DNA of 63,122 bases from an uncultured Actinomycetes bacterium (GTDB lineage: Bacteria; Actinomycetota; Acidimicrobiia; Acidimicrobiales; Microtrichaceae): positions 1-63,122 of the forward strand of contig CAIPVR010000306.1 of assembly GCA_903868545.1 (NCBI GenBank). The letters run 5' to 3'. Position 1 is the stretch's first letter. Each line of letters opens with the position of its first letter. The notes beneath the pieces were generated by a model, which saw nothing but the letters and a program-made list of their open reading frames with translations, did no database searches and was not told where the DNA came from. Below are positions 35,893-44,586 of this stretch, piece by piece. Position numbers and translations under genes: made by a program.

Positions 35893-38184
35893 TCACTGCG
35901 AGGCCACGATCGCCTCGGCCTCCGCCTCGGGGTCGACCACGGGGTCGCCCGGGACGTCGATGTCGACGTGGTGCAACGTGGCGGTGAACGGGAACCGGCC
36001 CCGGTAGTCCTCGGCCGCCGGTGAGAAGTCGGGCGACCACCCGGCGGTGAGGCCGGCGCCGGTCAGCGAGAAGCGGGCCCACACCGTGCGGCGGACCTCG
36101 CCGCGGCCGACCTCCTCGCCGTCGACGGTGAGGACCAGTTCGGGTGGCTCGAACGAGAACCCCAGCAGGTGCTCGCCCGCCGACAGGGGTGGGATCCGCG
36201 CTTCCACCCGGTAGCGGCGCCACCCGGCCAGGTTGTGCAGGTAGACGAGGCGCCCCCGTCCGTCGGGTCCGGCCAGCAGGTGGAAGGACCAGCCGCCCAG
36301 GACCGAGCCCTGCGCGACGAGCACCCCCTCGACCGGCCCGTGGTGGTCGTCCGGCACCGTCACGTGCGCGGTCACCGTGTGGGGCCGGGCCCGGACGTTG
36401 GCGGCCACGGACTCGGGCACCGGTGCCCGGCCCGGGTGGTAGCGGTAGCGCCGGCGTGGCGGGACCGTCGGCTCGCGCTGGAACACCAACTCCGAGAACG
36501 GCCGGTTGTCGAGGGGCAGCACCTGGTTCCGTTCCGCCTCCTGCCACCACCGTTCCACCATGGACGCGAGCCGTTCCGGTTCGGCCGCGGCCAGGTCCCG
36601 GGTCTCGGACGGGTCGGCCCGGAGGTCGTAGAGCTCCCACGGCGCCCGGTCGAGGCCCGGCTCCTCGGCCTGGACCTCGTGGTACGAGACCGCCTTCCAC
36701 CCGTCCTCGTAGAGCGCCCGGCAGCCGAGCATCTCGGAGTACTGCACGGTGTGCACCTCGGGCACGTCGTCGGAGGCGAACGTCGGCGCGAAGCTCACGC
36801 CGTCGAGCGGCACCTGCGGCACACCGGCCACCACCTCCGGCGGGTCGACGCCGATGAGGTCGAGCAGGGTGGGGAGGATGTCGACCGCGTGCACGTACTG
36901 GTGGCGCACCCCGCCGCGCAGCTCCGTCGGGATGCCGGCGGGCCAGTGCACGATCAGCGGGTCGGCCACGCCGCCCTCGTGGGTCTCCCGCTTCCAGCGG
37001 CGGAACGGCGTGTTGCCCGCCACCGTCCAGCCCCACGGGTAGTTGTTGTGCATGAGCGGGCCGCCGATGTCGTCGAGGGCCTCGTCGGCCTCCTCGACCG
37101 TGCGGGGCAGCGCGTTCCACACCCGGGCGTCGTTCACCGAGCCCACCGGCCCGCCCTCCGACGAGGCGCCGTTGTCCGACAGCACCACCACGACGGTGTC
37201 GTCGAGCTCGCCGAGTTCCCGGAGGCGGTCGACGAGGCGGCCCACCTCGTGGTCCGCGTGGGAGAGGAAGCCGGCGAAGGCCTCCATGTAGCGGGCGTGG
37301 ACCCGGCGGTCGACCTCGTCGAGGTCGTCCCAGGCGGGCACCCACTCGGGCCGCTCCGACAGCACCGTGTGCCCGGGCAGCAGCCCCTCGGCCTTCTGGC
37401 GCGCCAGTGCCCGCTCCCGCCACTCGTCCCAGCCCCGGTCGAAGCGGCCCCGGTAACGCTCGATCCACTCCCGGGGGGCGTGGTGCGGTGAGTGGCACGC
37501 TCCGAGTGCCAGGTACAGGAACCACGGCTTGTCGACGTCGACGTTGCGGAGGTCCTCGACGTACTCCACCGCCCGGTCCACCAGGTCGGTGCTCAGGTGG
37601 TAGCCGTCCTCGTAGGAGGTCGGCGGCTGGACGGCGTGGCTGTCGTGCCACAACGACGGCGCGAACTGGTGGGTCTCACCGCCGAAGAACCCGTACCACC
37701 GCTCGAAGCCCTTGCCGAGCGGCCACCGGACCCGGGTGGCGCCGAGGTGCTCCTCGTCCTCCGGGGTGAGGTGCCACTTGCCCACCGCCCAGGCGGCGTA
37801 GCCGTGGGGCGTGAGCATGGCCGGTGCCATCGCACACGACGCCGGGATGCGACCGTCGTAGCCGGGGAAGCCCGTGGCCAGGTCGACGATGCGGCCCATG
37901 CCCACCCGGTGGTGGTTGCGTCCGGTCAGCACGCTGGCCCGCGTGGGGGAGCACAACGCGGTGGTGTGGAAGTTGGCGTAGCGGAGGCCGTCGGCGGCGA
38001 GCCGGTCGAAGGTGGGCGTGTCGATGTCGGAACCGAAACAGCCGAGCTGCGCGTAGCCCACGTCGTCGAGCACCACCACCAGCACGTTCGGCGCGCCCGC
38101 CGGCGGGCGCGGCTCCGGCGGCCACCAGGCCTCGCTCTCCCAGTGGTAGCGGCCGATGCGGCCACGGAACTCGTCGGCCTCCAC
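35893..38184 (-). CDS. Cys-type arylsulfatase with C-terminal beta-sandwich-like extension (AtsA-like), no signal peptide
   Basis: Formylglycine motif LCSPTRASVLTGR, VVLDDVGY metal site, SDNGAS. 763 aa. RBS GGGGAGG. Confidence 0.9.
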   Translation of the reverse strand: MEADEFRGRIGRYHWESEAWWPPEPRPPAGAPNVLVVVLDDVGYAQLGCFGSDIDTPTFDRLAADGLRYANFHTTALCSPTRASVLTGRNHHRVGMGRIVDLATGFPGYDGRIPASCAMAPAMLTPHGYAAWAVGKWHLTPEDEEHLGATRVRWPLGKGFERWYGFFGGETHQFAPSLWHDSHAVQPPTSYEDGYHLSTDLVDRAVEYVEDLRNVDVDKPWFLYLALGACHSPHHAPREWIERYRGRFDRGWDEWRERALARQKAEGLLPGHTVLSERPEWVPAWDDLDEVDRRVHARYMEAFAGFLSHADHEVGRLVDRLRELGELDDTVVVVLSDNGASSEGGPVGSVNDARVWNALPRTVEEADEALDDIGGPLMHNNYPWGWTVAGNTPFRRWKRETHEGGVADPLIVHWPAGIPTELRGGVRHQYVHAVDILPTLLDLIGVDPPEVVAGVPQVPLDGVSFAPTFASDDVPEVHTVQYSEMLGCRALYEDGWKAVSYHEVQAEEPGLDRAPWELYDLRADPSETRDLAAAEPERLASMVERWWQEAERNQVLPLDNRPFSELVFQREPTVPPRRRYRYHPGRAPVPESVAANVRARPHTVTAHVTVPDDHHGPVEGVLVAQGSVLGGWSFHLLAGPDGRGRLVYLHNLAGWRRYRVEARIPPLSAGEHLLGFSFEPPELVLTVDGEEVGRGEVRRTVWARFSLTGAGLTAGWSPDFSPAAEDYRGRFPFTATLHHVDIDVPGDPVVDPEAEAEAIVASQ

Positions 38185-38264
38185 GCTGCGCCTCCCCGGT
38201 GGTGGCGGTCGCCGCCCGGCGACCCGGGCGGCAGCGTAGCGAGCGGGGGCTACGGTGAGCCCCG

Positions 38265-39020
38265 ATGGACCTGGGCCTGGAGGGGCGTGTCGCGATCGTG
38301 ACCGGCGCGAGCCGGGGCATCGGCCTCGCCGTGGTCGAACGGCTGGCCGCGGAGGGGTGCGAGGTGGTGGCCGTCAGTCGCTCGGGTGCCGACGGGCCCG
38401 GTCACCCCGTCGCTGCCGACGTGACGGATCCGGCTGCCGCGGGCCGGGTCGTCGGGGAGTGCCTCGACCGGTTCGGGCGTCTGGACGTGCTCGTGAACAA
38501 CGCAGGCGGCGCGGAGCCGGCGGCGCTCGAGCGGCTCACCGACGCCGACTGGCAGCGGGCGTTCGAGTTCAACTTCTTCGCGGCGGTCCGTTTCGCCGCC
38601 GCCTGCGCACCCGTGATGCGCGAACGCCGCTGGGGCCGCATGGTCCACGTCGCCTCGGTGAGCGGCCGTGAGCCCGACCAACGGTTCGCTCCCTACTCGG
38701 CGGCCAAGGCGGCCCTGCTCAACTTCTCGACGTCGTTGTCGCAGGCCTATGCCGCCGACGGAGTCCTCAGTTCGTGCGTGGTGCCGGGGATCACGCTCAC
38801 CGAGCTGGTGGCGGCCAACGCGGCCGGGACCGCGGCACGTACCGGGAGCTCGCCCGACGAGGTCATGGCCCGCCAGCTGGAGCACCACCGGGTGGCGGCC
38901 GGCCGCTTCGGGGAACCCGGCGAGGTGGCTGCGGCGGTGGCGTTCCTGGCCGGCGAGCCGGCGGCCTGGATCACCGGCGCCACGCTCGAGGTCGATGGGG
39001 GCACCCTCCGCTCGGTCTGA
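38265..39020 (+). CDS. short-chain dehydrogenase/reductase
   Basis: TGASRGIG, NNAG and YSAAK are present. TACGGT lies 8 nt upstream of the ATG. Confidence 0.85.
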   Translation: MDLGLEGRVAIVTGASRGIGLAVVERLAAEGCEVVAVSRSGADGPGHPVAADVTDPAAAGRVVGECLDRFGRLDVLVNNAGGAEPAALERLTDADWQRAFEFNFFAAVRFAAACAPVMRERRWGRMVHVASVSGREPDQRFAPYSAAKAALLNFSTSLSQAYAADGVLSSCVVPGITLTELVAANAAGTAARTGSSPDEVMARQLEHHRVAAGRFGEPGEVAAAVAFLAGEPAAWITGATLEVDGGTLRSV

Positions 39021-39108
39021 GTTCGGCAGCAAGGTGAGATGAAGGGAGCAGATGCAGGAGGTGTCCCTGATCGCAGGCTCAGTGACAGTCGACGGCAACC
39101 GAGAGGGC

Positions 39109-39158
39109 CGGGTCCTGCGAGGTCGGGTCCTACGAGGCCGGGCCCGGGTCCTGCAGGC
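39109..39158 (-). repeat. imperfect 15-bp repeat x3 spanning the CoA-ligase stop codon
   Basis: CGGGTCCTGCGAGGT, CGGGTCCTACGAGGC, (CGGGCC) CGGGTCCTGCAGGC. The stop TAG lies in unit 2, where the other units carry CAG. Confidence 0.7.
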
Positions 39159-40653
39159 GGTCCGCGAGCCCGGTCCGCACGATCTTGCCCATGGCGTTGC
39201 GGGGTAGGGCGGCGACCACCGCGATGGACTCCGGCACCTTGTAGCGGGCGAGGTGCTCGGCGAGGTGCGCCCGCAACGCGTCCACGTCGAGGTCCACCCC
39301 GGAGCGGGGCTCCACCAGCGCGCCCACCCGTTCGCCCAGGCGCTCGTCGGGCAGCCCGACCACCGCGCCGGCCGCGACGCCCGGGAACTCCGAGATCACC
39401 CGTTCGACCTCCGCCGGGTAGACGTTCGCCCCACCCCGGATGATCACCAGGCTCAGTCGGTCCTTCAGGTGCAGGTAGCCGTCCTCGTCGAGCAGCCCCA
39501 CATCGCCGGTGCGCAGTTCACCGTCCACCAGGGCGGCGGCCGTGGCCTCCGGCCGGTTCCAGTAGCCCAGCATCGGCCGGTAGCGGTCGTCGGCCGCGGA
39601 GATGCACACCTGCCCGGCGGTGCCCGCCGGTACCGAGGCGCCGTCGGCGTCGGCGACACGGATCCGCAGATGGGGGAGTGGCCGGCCGGAGGCCCCGGGC
39701 CGGTGGTCCGTCGCCCCGCCCCGCCCCTCGGGCCTCGCGTCGATCGACACCACCGTCGGCGCCTCGCTCAGCCCGTAGGTCGCGAGGACCGGCACCCCGA
39801 ACTTCTCCGCGAAGCCCCGCCGGATCGACTCGGGGCAGTCGGCCCCGCCGGTCCAGACCTCGTCGAGCGAGGCCAGGTCGGCGGCCGTGACCGTGGGGCT
39901 CGTCACCAGGCTGTGCAGCAGCGCCGGCGGGCCGTTCCAGGTGGTGACGGCCTCGGTGCGGATCCACTCGGCCACCCCGTCGGCGTCGATCCGGTCCATC
40001 ACGATCGACGTGCCACCGGCCTGCGACACGAGCAGCGTGGTGAGCACCGCCATGTTCAGCACGGTGAAGGGGAAGCAGTCACCCTTGCGGAGATCGGGTC
40101 CGTAGCGCCGGGTCCCGACCAGCACGGCGCCGGGCAGCAGGAGGTTGTGCTGGCTGTGCACCGCGCCCTTCGGGTGGCCGGTCGTGCCGCTCGTGTAGGC
40201 GAGACCGGCCGGAGCGAACGGGTCGGGGTCGGGCCCGCTCCACGGGCCCGCGGGTGCCGCGTCCACCGCCGCACGCCACGCGGTCGGGTCGATCGTGGGG
40301 ACGCCGAGGTCGGCGGAGCCGTCGTCGGTCAGCAGCAGGCGGGAGCCGCTGTCGTCGAGCAGGTACCGCTTCTCCGGTGCGGCGAGGGCGCGGTTCACGC
40401 CCACCCACACCGCCCCGAGGCGCATGGCGCCGTGGAACGCCACCACCACGTCCGCGTCGTTGGGGAGGCTCGCCGCCACCCGGTCCCCGGGCGCGACGCC
40501 GAGGTCGTGGAGGGCGTGGGCGGCCCGGTGGGCCTCGGCGTCGAGCTCCGCGTAGGTGAGCCGCCGGGTCCGGGTCACCAGCGCCTCACGGTCGGGGTCG
40601 GTGGCGAGGGCGTGGTCGAGGACCCGGGCCACGTTCGTGGGCACTGCTCCCAT
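39130..40653 (-). CDS. AMP-dependent acyl-CoA synthetase
   Basis: YTSGTTGHPKGA, TGDVGLLDEDGYLHLKDR and PRNAMGKI are present. I prefer ATG 40653 (MGAVPTNV) with TACGGT 8 nt upstream. The ORF-track start at 40683 lies inside the operator. Confidence 0.85.
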   Translation of the reverse strand: MGAVPTNVARVLDHALATDPDREALVTRTRRLTYAELDAEAHRAAHALHDLGVAPGDRVAASLPNDADVVVAFHGAMRLGAVWVGVNRALAAPEKRYLLDDSGSRLLLTDDGSADLGVPTIDPTAWRAAVDAAPAGPWSGPDPDPFAPAGLAYTSGTTGHPKGAVHSQHNLLLPGAVLVGTRRYGPDLRKGDCFPFTVLNMAVLTTLLVSQAGGTSIVMDRIDADGVAEWIRTEAVTTWNGPPALLHSLVTSPTVTAADLASLDEVWTGGADCPESIRRGFAEKFGVPVLATYGLSEAPTVVSIDARPEGRGGATDHRPGASGRPLPHLRIRVADADGASVPAGTAGQVCISAADDRYRPMLGYWNRPEATAAALVDGELRTGDVGLLDEDGYLHLKDRLSLVIIRGGANVYPAEVERVISEFPGVAAGAVVGLPDERLGERVGALVEPRSGVDLDVDALRAHLAEHLARYKVPESIAVVAALPRNAMGKIVRTGLADRLQDPGPAS

Positions 40654-40676
40654 GGCCCGGCACCGTACCCCCGCGA

Positions 40677-40692
40677 CTAACATCGGCGTCAG
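40677..40692. promoter_or_regulatory. operator-like palindrome, site 10
   Basis: CTAACATCGGCGTCAG lies in the divergent spacer between the CoA ligase (40653) and the ACAD operon (40713). Confidence 0.55.
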
Positions 40693-40712
40693 GTATCCGG
40701 GAGGCGTGCTGG

Positions 40713-41879
40713 ATGGATTTCGATCTGGGGGCGGGAGCGGCAGAGCTCCGAACCCGTCTGCGGACGCTCATCGAGCAGCACTTCGACCCGGGGTTCCTGG
40801 GGGCGTTCACCGACGATCCCGCCGACCTCGAGGCCACCCAGGCCTTCTGCCGGTTGCTCGCGGGGGAGGGCCTGCTCACCCTGGCGTGGCCCACCGAGTA
40901 CGGCGGCGGTGGTGGGTCGCTCTGGGACCAGACGGTGGTGCGCGAGGAGATGTGGGCGCACCACGAACCCCGCGGCGCCCAGTACATGGGCCTCAACTGG
41001 GTGGGCCCGGCGATCATGGCCCACGGCACGGCGGAGCAGAAGGCCCTCCACCTCCCCCCGATCGCGGCGGGGGAGGTGATCTGGTGCCAGGGATTCAGCG
41101 AGCCGGAGGCGGGCTCGGACCTGGCCGCGCTGCGGACCCGGGCCGAGCCGGTGGGGGACCCGGCGCGACCCGACGGGTGGCGCGTCACCGGCCAGAAGAT
41201 CTGGACCTCGTACGCCGGCATGGCCCAGTGGTGCATCATCGCCGCCCGCGTCGGTGCCGGTGAGCGCCACGAGGGCATCACCATGTTCCTCGTGCCGATG
41301 GACGCACCGGGCATCGAGGTGCGCCCCATCCGCTCGATGCTCGGACCCCACCACCTCAACGAGGTGTTCTTCGACGAGGTGCCGGCCGGGCCCGACGCGG
41401 TGCTCGGCGCCGTCGGCGGGGGCTGGTCGGTGATCCGTACGGCGCTCGCCCACGAGCGCGTGGGCATTGCCCGCTACGCGCGTTGCGAACGTCTCCTCTC
41501 GGAGATGGGTCGGGTGCTCGCCCCCCACTGGGACGAACTGCCGCCGTCGCTCGAGGTGGCCTGGGCCCGGGCGCTCGTCCAGGTCCGGGTGGCGCGGCTG
41601 CTCGCGTACCGCACCGTGCGGGCCCAGGAGAACGGTGAGGTCCCCGACGTGGCCGCGTCCTCGGCCCGCATCGCGGTGACCCAGTGCGACCAGGCCGTGG
41701 CCGAGGTGCTGTTCTCCGCCGCGGAACACCGAAGTCTGGAGGCAGGACCGGACGCGCCGGTGCACGGGGCGCTGGAGGACCACTGGCGCTACGCACAGGC
41801 GGCCACCGTGTCGAGCGGCACGATCGAGGTGCAGCGGATCATCGTGGCGAAGTCGCTCGTGAAGGGGGCCTCCGCGTGA
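40713..41879 (+). CDS. acyl-CoA dehydrogenase, alpha-type subunit
   Basis: CQGFSEPEAGSDLAAL, GQKIWTS and SSGTIEVQRIIVAKSL are present. RBS GGGAGG. Confidence 0.9.
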   Translation: MDFDLGAGAAELRTRLRTLIEQHFDPGFLGAFTDDPADLEATQAFCRLLAGEGLLTLAWPTEYGGGGGSLWDQTVVREEMWAHHEPRGAQYMGLNWVGPAIMAHGTAEQKALHLPPIAAGEVIWCQGFSEPEAGSDLAALRTRAEPVGDPARPDGWRVTGQKIWTSYAGMAQWCIIAARVGAGERHEGITMFLVPMDAPGIEVRPIRSMLGPHHLNEVFFDEVPAGPDAVLGAVGGGWSVIRTALAHERVGIARYARCERLLSEMGRVLAPHWDELPPSLEVAWARALVQVRVARLLAYRTVRAQENGEVPDVAASSARIAVTQCDQAVAEVLFSAAEHRSLEAGPDAPVHGALEDHWRYAQAATVSSGTIEVQRIIVAKSLVKGASA

Positions 41880-42844
41880 ACCCGGAGCTCCCCGCCGAGG
41901 CGGTGGAACTCGCGGACGCGGCCGCCCGCGCGTTCGCCGCACTGGGCGACGTCGACCTGGCCCGCCGGGCCGAGGTCGACCCGTCGATCCGCGCCACCGA
42001 GGTGGCTCCGGTGCTGGACCGGCTGGGGGTGGCCGACCTCGATCCCCGCGACGACGACGTGACGCTCGCCGCGGCCGCCGCGTTGTGCGAGGCGGCGGGA
42101 CGTGTCGCCCTGCCCTACCCGTTGGCGGCCGCGCTCGTCCGCGATCCCGACGGCCGCCCCACCGCCGCGGTGCCCGCCGGTGCGGCCCGCGTCGACCACG
42201 CCGAGCTCTTCCCTGAGTGGCGGGTGGGCCCGCTCGACGGCTCCGCCGCCGGAGTGGCGTCGTCGACGGGCGCCGCCCTGCACACCCGGCTCGGTCCCTT
42301 CGTCGGCGACCTCACGCCGGCCGCCGGCGACGGGACGGCGGCGCCGTACGACCTGCTGGTCCAGCAGTGTCTGGTCGCCTGGACCGTGCTGGGCGCGCTC
42401 GACCGGGCCGTCGCGCTGGCCACCGGACACGTCACCGGGCGCGTGCAGTTCGGCCGGCCGCTCGCCGAGTTCCAGGCCGTCCAGTTCCAGCTCGCCGACG
42501 CCGCGGTGGCGGTGGCCGGCCTGCGGGAGCTCGCCGGATTCACCCTCTGGCGGCTCCGTGCCGAACCGACCGGGGCGCGGGCCGACGTGCTGGCCCTCCG
42601 GCTCCACGCCCTCGAGGCGGCCCGGGCCGTGCTGCGCTCGGCCCAGCAGCTCCACGGTGCCGCGGGCGTGTGCGACGAGTACGACGTGTCGGTGATCACC
42701 CGGATGGTCCAGCCCGCCCTGCGGCTGCCGATGGGCGCCGAGCGCACCGCCACCGAGCTGGCGCGTGCCATCGCGTCCGACGGGTTCGCCGGGCTCTTCC
42801 CGCACGGGGCCGACCTCCGGGCCACGGGGGAGCCGGGCCGGTGA
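41876..42844 (+). CDS. acyl-CoA dehydrogenase-like, beta-type subunit (short; its N-terminal half lacks the SEPEAGSD-type region)
   Basis: The GTG start forms a GTGA overlap with the alpha-subunit stop. GRPLAEFQAVQFQLAD is present in the C-terminal helical domain. About 322 aa. Confidence 0.75.
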   Translation: MNPELPAEAVELADAAARAFAALGDVDLARRAEVDPSIRATEVAPVLDRLGVADLDPRDDDVTLAAAAALCEAAGRVALPYPLAAALVRDPDGRPTAAVPAGAARVDHAELFPEWRVGPLDGSAAGVASSTGAALHTRLGPFVGDLTPAAGDGTAAPYDLLVQQCLVAWTVLGALDRAVALATGHVTGRVQFGRPLAEFQAVQFQLADAAVAVAGLRELAGFTLWRLRAEPTGARADVLALRLHALEAARAVLRSAQQLHGAAGVCDEYDVSVITRMVQPALRLPMGAERTATELARAIASDGFAGLFPHGADLRATGEPGR

Positions 42845-44586
42845 CGGCCGCGGTGGCCACCACCTTCACGGGACCGCCGCTGGAGGAGGCCGAGGGCCTC
42901 GGCGCGCTCACCCTGCCGGGGTTCCTGGCCGAGGTGGTGGAACGGTCCGGTCCGGAGGAGGCGGTGGTCCTCGACGACCCCCTGCGCGACGGTGCGACGG
43001 TCCGCTGGAGCTACGACGACCTCGGGCGCGAGGCCCGGCGGATCGCTCGGGCGCTCGCGGCCACGGGCATCGGGCCCGGCCGGACGGTGGCGGTCCTCAT
43101 GGGCAACCGGCCGGAGGCCCTGGCCGCCATCTTCGGGGCGACGATGGCGGGGGCGGTCGCCGCCCCGGTGTCGACCTTCGCCCCACGACCCGAGCTCGGC
43201 GGCCTCCTCGTCGCCTGCTCCGCGGACATGGTGCTCACCCAGCACCGGCTGCTCGCCCGGCGTCCCGACGAGGACGTGGCCGCGGCGGCGGAGGCCCTGG
43301 CCCGGGCCGGCCGGGTGGTGTCGCTCGGCACCGACGGGTGGGACGCCTTCCTGGCCGCCGGTGACGACGACCACCTCGACGCCGTCGTCGACCGGCGAGC
43401 CGCGGAGCTCACCCCCGACGACCCGGCACTGGTGATCCTGAGCTCCGGCACGACGGCGGCCCCCAAGGCCGTGCTCCACGCCCACCGGTCGCCGTCGCTG
43501 CAGTTCTGGGTGCAGGCCCGGCTCTTCGGCCGCCACCCGGGGACCCGGATGTTCTCGGCCCTGCCGATCTTCTGGACCGCGGGCCTCAACACCGCGGTGG
43601 GCTCCACCCTGGCCGCCGGCGGGTGCTGGGTGGCGCAGGAGACCTTCGAGGCCGGCTCGGCGCTGGCGCTGCTCGAGCGGGAACGGGTGACCGAGCCCTA
43701 CACCCTTCCCCACCAGACCGCGGCCATGGCCGAGCGCCCCGACTGGGCCTCCACCGACCTCTCCGCGGTCCGTTGCGCCTACGGGAAGGGCGCGTACGCC
43801 CGGCACCCGTCGGTGCACCCCGATCCGGGCTGGATCATGCCGGTGGGCTACGGGCTCTCGGAGACGTGCGCGTTCGTGGCGGGCTACCGGAGTGACGACT
43901 CCCGCGAGCAGGTGAAGGTGGGCCACGGCCGCCTCCTCCCCGGCACGCGCCTGCGGGTGGTCGACCCCGACTCCGGCCGGGTGCTCGGCCCCGGGCAGGA
44001 GGGGGAGCTGGCGGTGGCCGGGGCCACGCTGATGCTCGGCTACCTCGGGCGGGACCCGGCCTCCTGCTTCGACGGCGACGGCTTCTTCCACACCGGCGAC
44101 TCCGGCCACGTCGACGGCGACGGCATCGTGCACTACACGGGCCGTCGCACCGAGATGATCAAGACCGGCGGGGCCAACGTCTCCCCGGCCGAGATCGAGG
44201 TCGCCCTCCGGGCCTGCCCCCCCGTGAAGCTCAGCCGTGTCCTCGGCGTGCCCGACGAGCGCCTCGACCAGCTGGTGGTCGCCTGCATCGTGTGCCGGGA
44301 GGGCATGACGGCGACCGAGGACGAGGTGACGGCCTTCCTCCGGGAGCGGGTCGCCGCCTACAAGGTGCCGAAGCGGGTGCTCTTCCTCGCCGAGGAGGAG
44401 GTGCCGATGACCGCCGGTGGGACCAAGGTGCGCGACGAGGAGTTGCGGCCGATCGTCCTCGCACGCCTCGGCCTCGCCGACGGCCCTGCCACCGGGAACG
44501 CCGCCGGCCCTGCCACCGGGAACGCCGGCACGGCCCCCACCCCGACCACCACCCGACCGATGCAGCCAGAACGGGAGACCACGTGA
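42841..44586 (+). CDS. AMP-dependent synthetase/ligase
   Basis: LSSGTTAAPKAV, FHTGDSGHVDGDGIVHYTGR and YKVPKRV are present. GTGA overlap at the start. The C-terminal tail holds a 24-bp x2 repeat. Confidence 0.85.
   Translation: MTAAVATTFTGPPLEEAEGLGALTLPGFLAEVVERSGPEEAVVLDDPLRDGATVRWSYDDLGREARRIARALAATGIGPGRTVAVLMGNRPEALAAIFGATMAGAVAAPVSTFAPRPELGGLLVACSADMVLTQHRLLARRPDEDVAAAAEALARAGRVVSLGTDGWDAFLAAGDDDHLDAVVDRRAAELTPDDPALVILSSGTTAAPKAVLHAHRSPSLQFWVQARLFGRHPGTRMFSALPIFWTAGLNTAVGSTLAAGGCWVAQETFEAGSALALLERERVTEPYTLPHQTAAMAERPDWASTDLSAVRCAYGKGAYARHPSVHPDPGWIMPVGYGLSETCAFVAGYRSDDSREQVKVGHGRLLPGTRLRVVDPDSGRVLGPGQEGELAVAGATLMLGYLGRDPASCFDGDGFFHTGDSGHVDGDGIVHYTGRRTEMIKTGGANVSPAEIEVALRACPPVKLSRVLGVPDERLDQLVVACIVCREGMTATEDEVTAFLRERVAAYKVPKRVLFLAEEEVPMTAGGTKVRDEELRPIVLARLGLADGPATGNAAGPATGNAGTAPTPTTTRPMQPERETT
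44482..44529 (+). repeat. 24-bp tandem duplication in the ligase C-terminal tail
   Basis: GGCCCTGCCACCGGGAACGCCGCC / GGCCCTGCCACCGGGAACGCCGGC. It encodes GPATGNAA GPATGNAG. Confidence 0.85.

Noticed and set aside
39039-39443. Small ORF starting in the lower-GC 110-bp spacer (MKGADAGGVPDRR...).
   Set aside because: After the first few codons it becomes Arg/Pro-rich and runs antisense to the CoA-ligase C-terminus. It has no convincing RBS or promoter. The spacer is better explained as a degenerate, formerly coding repeat tail of the ligase.
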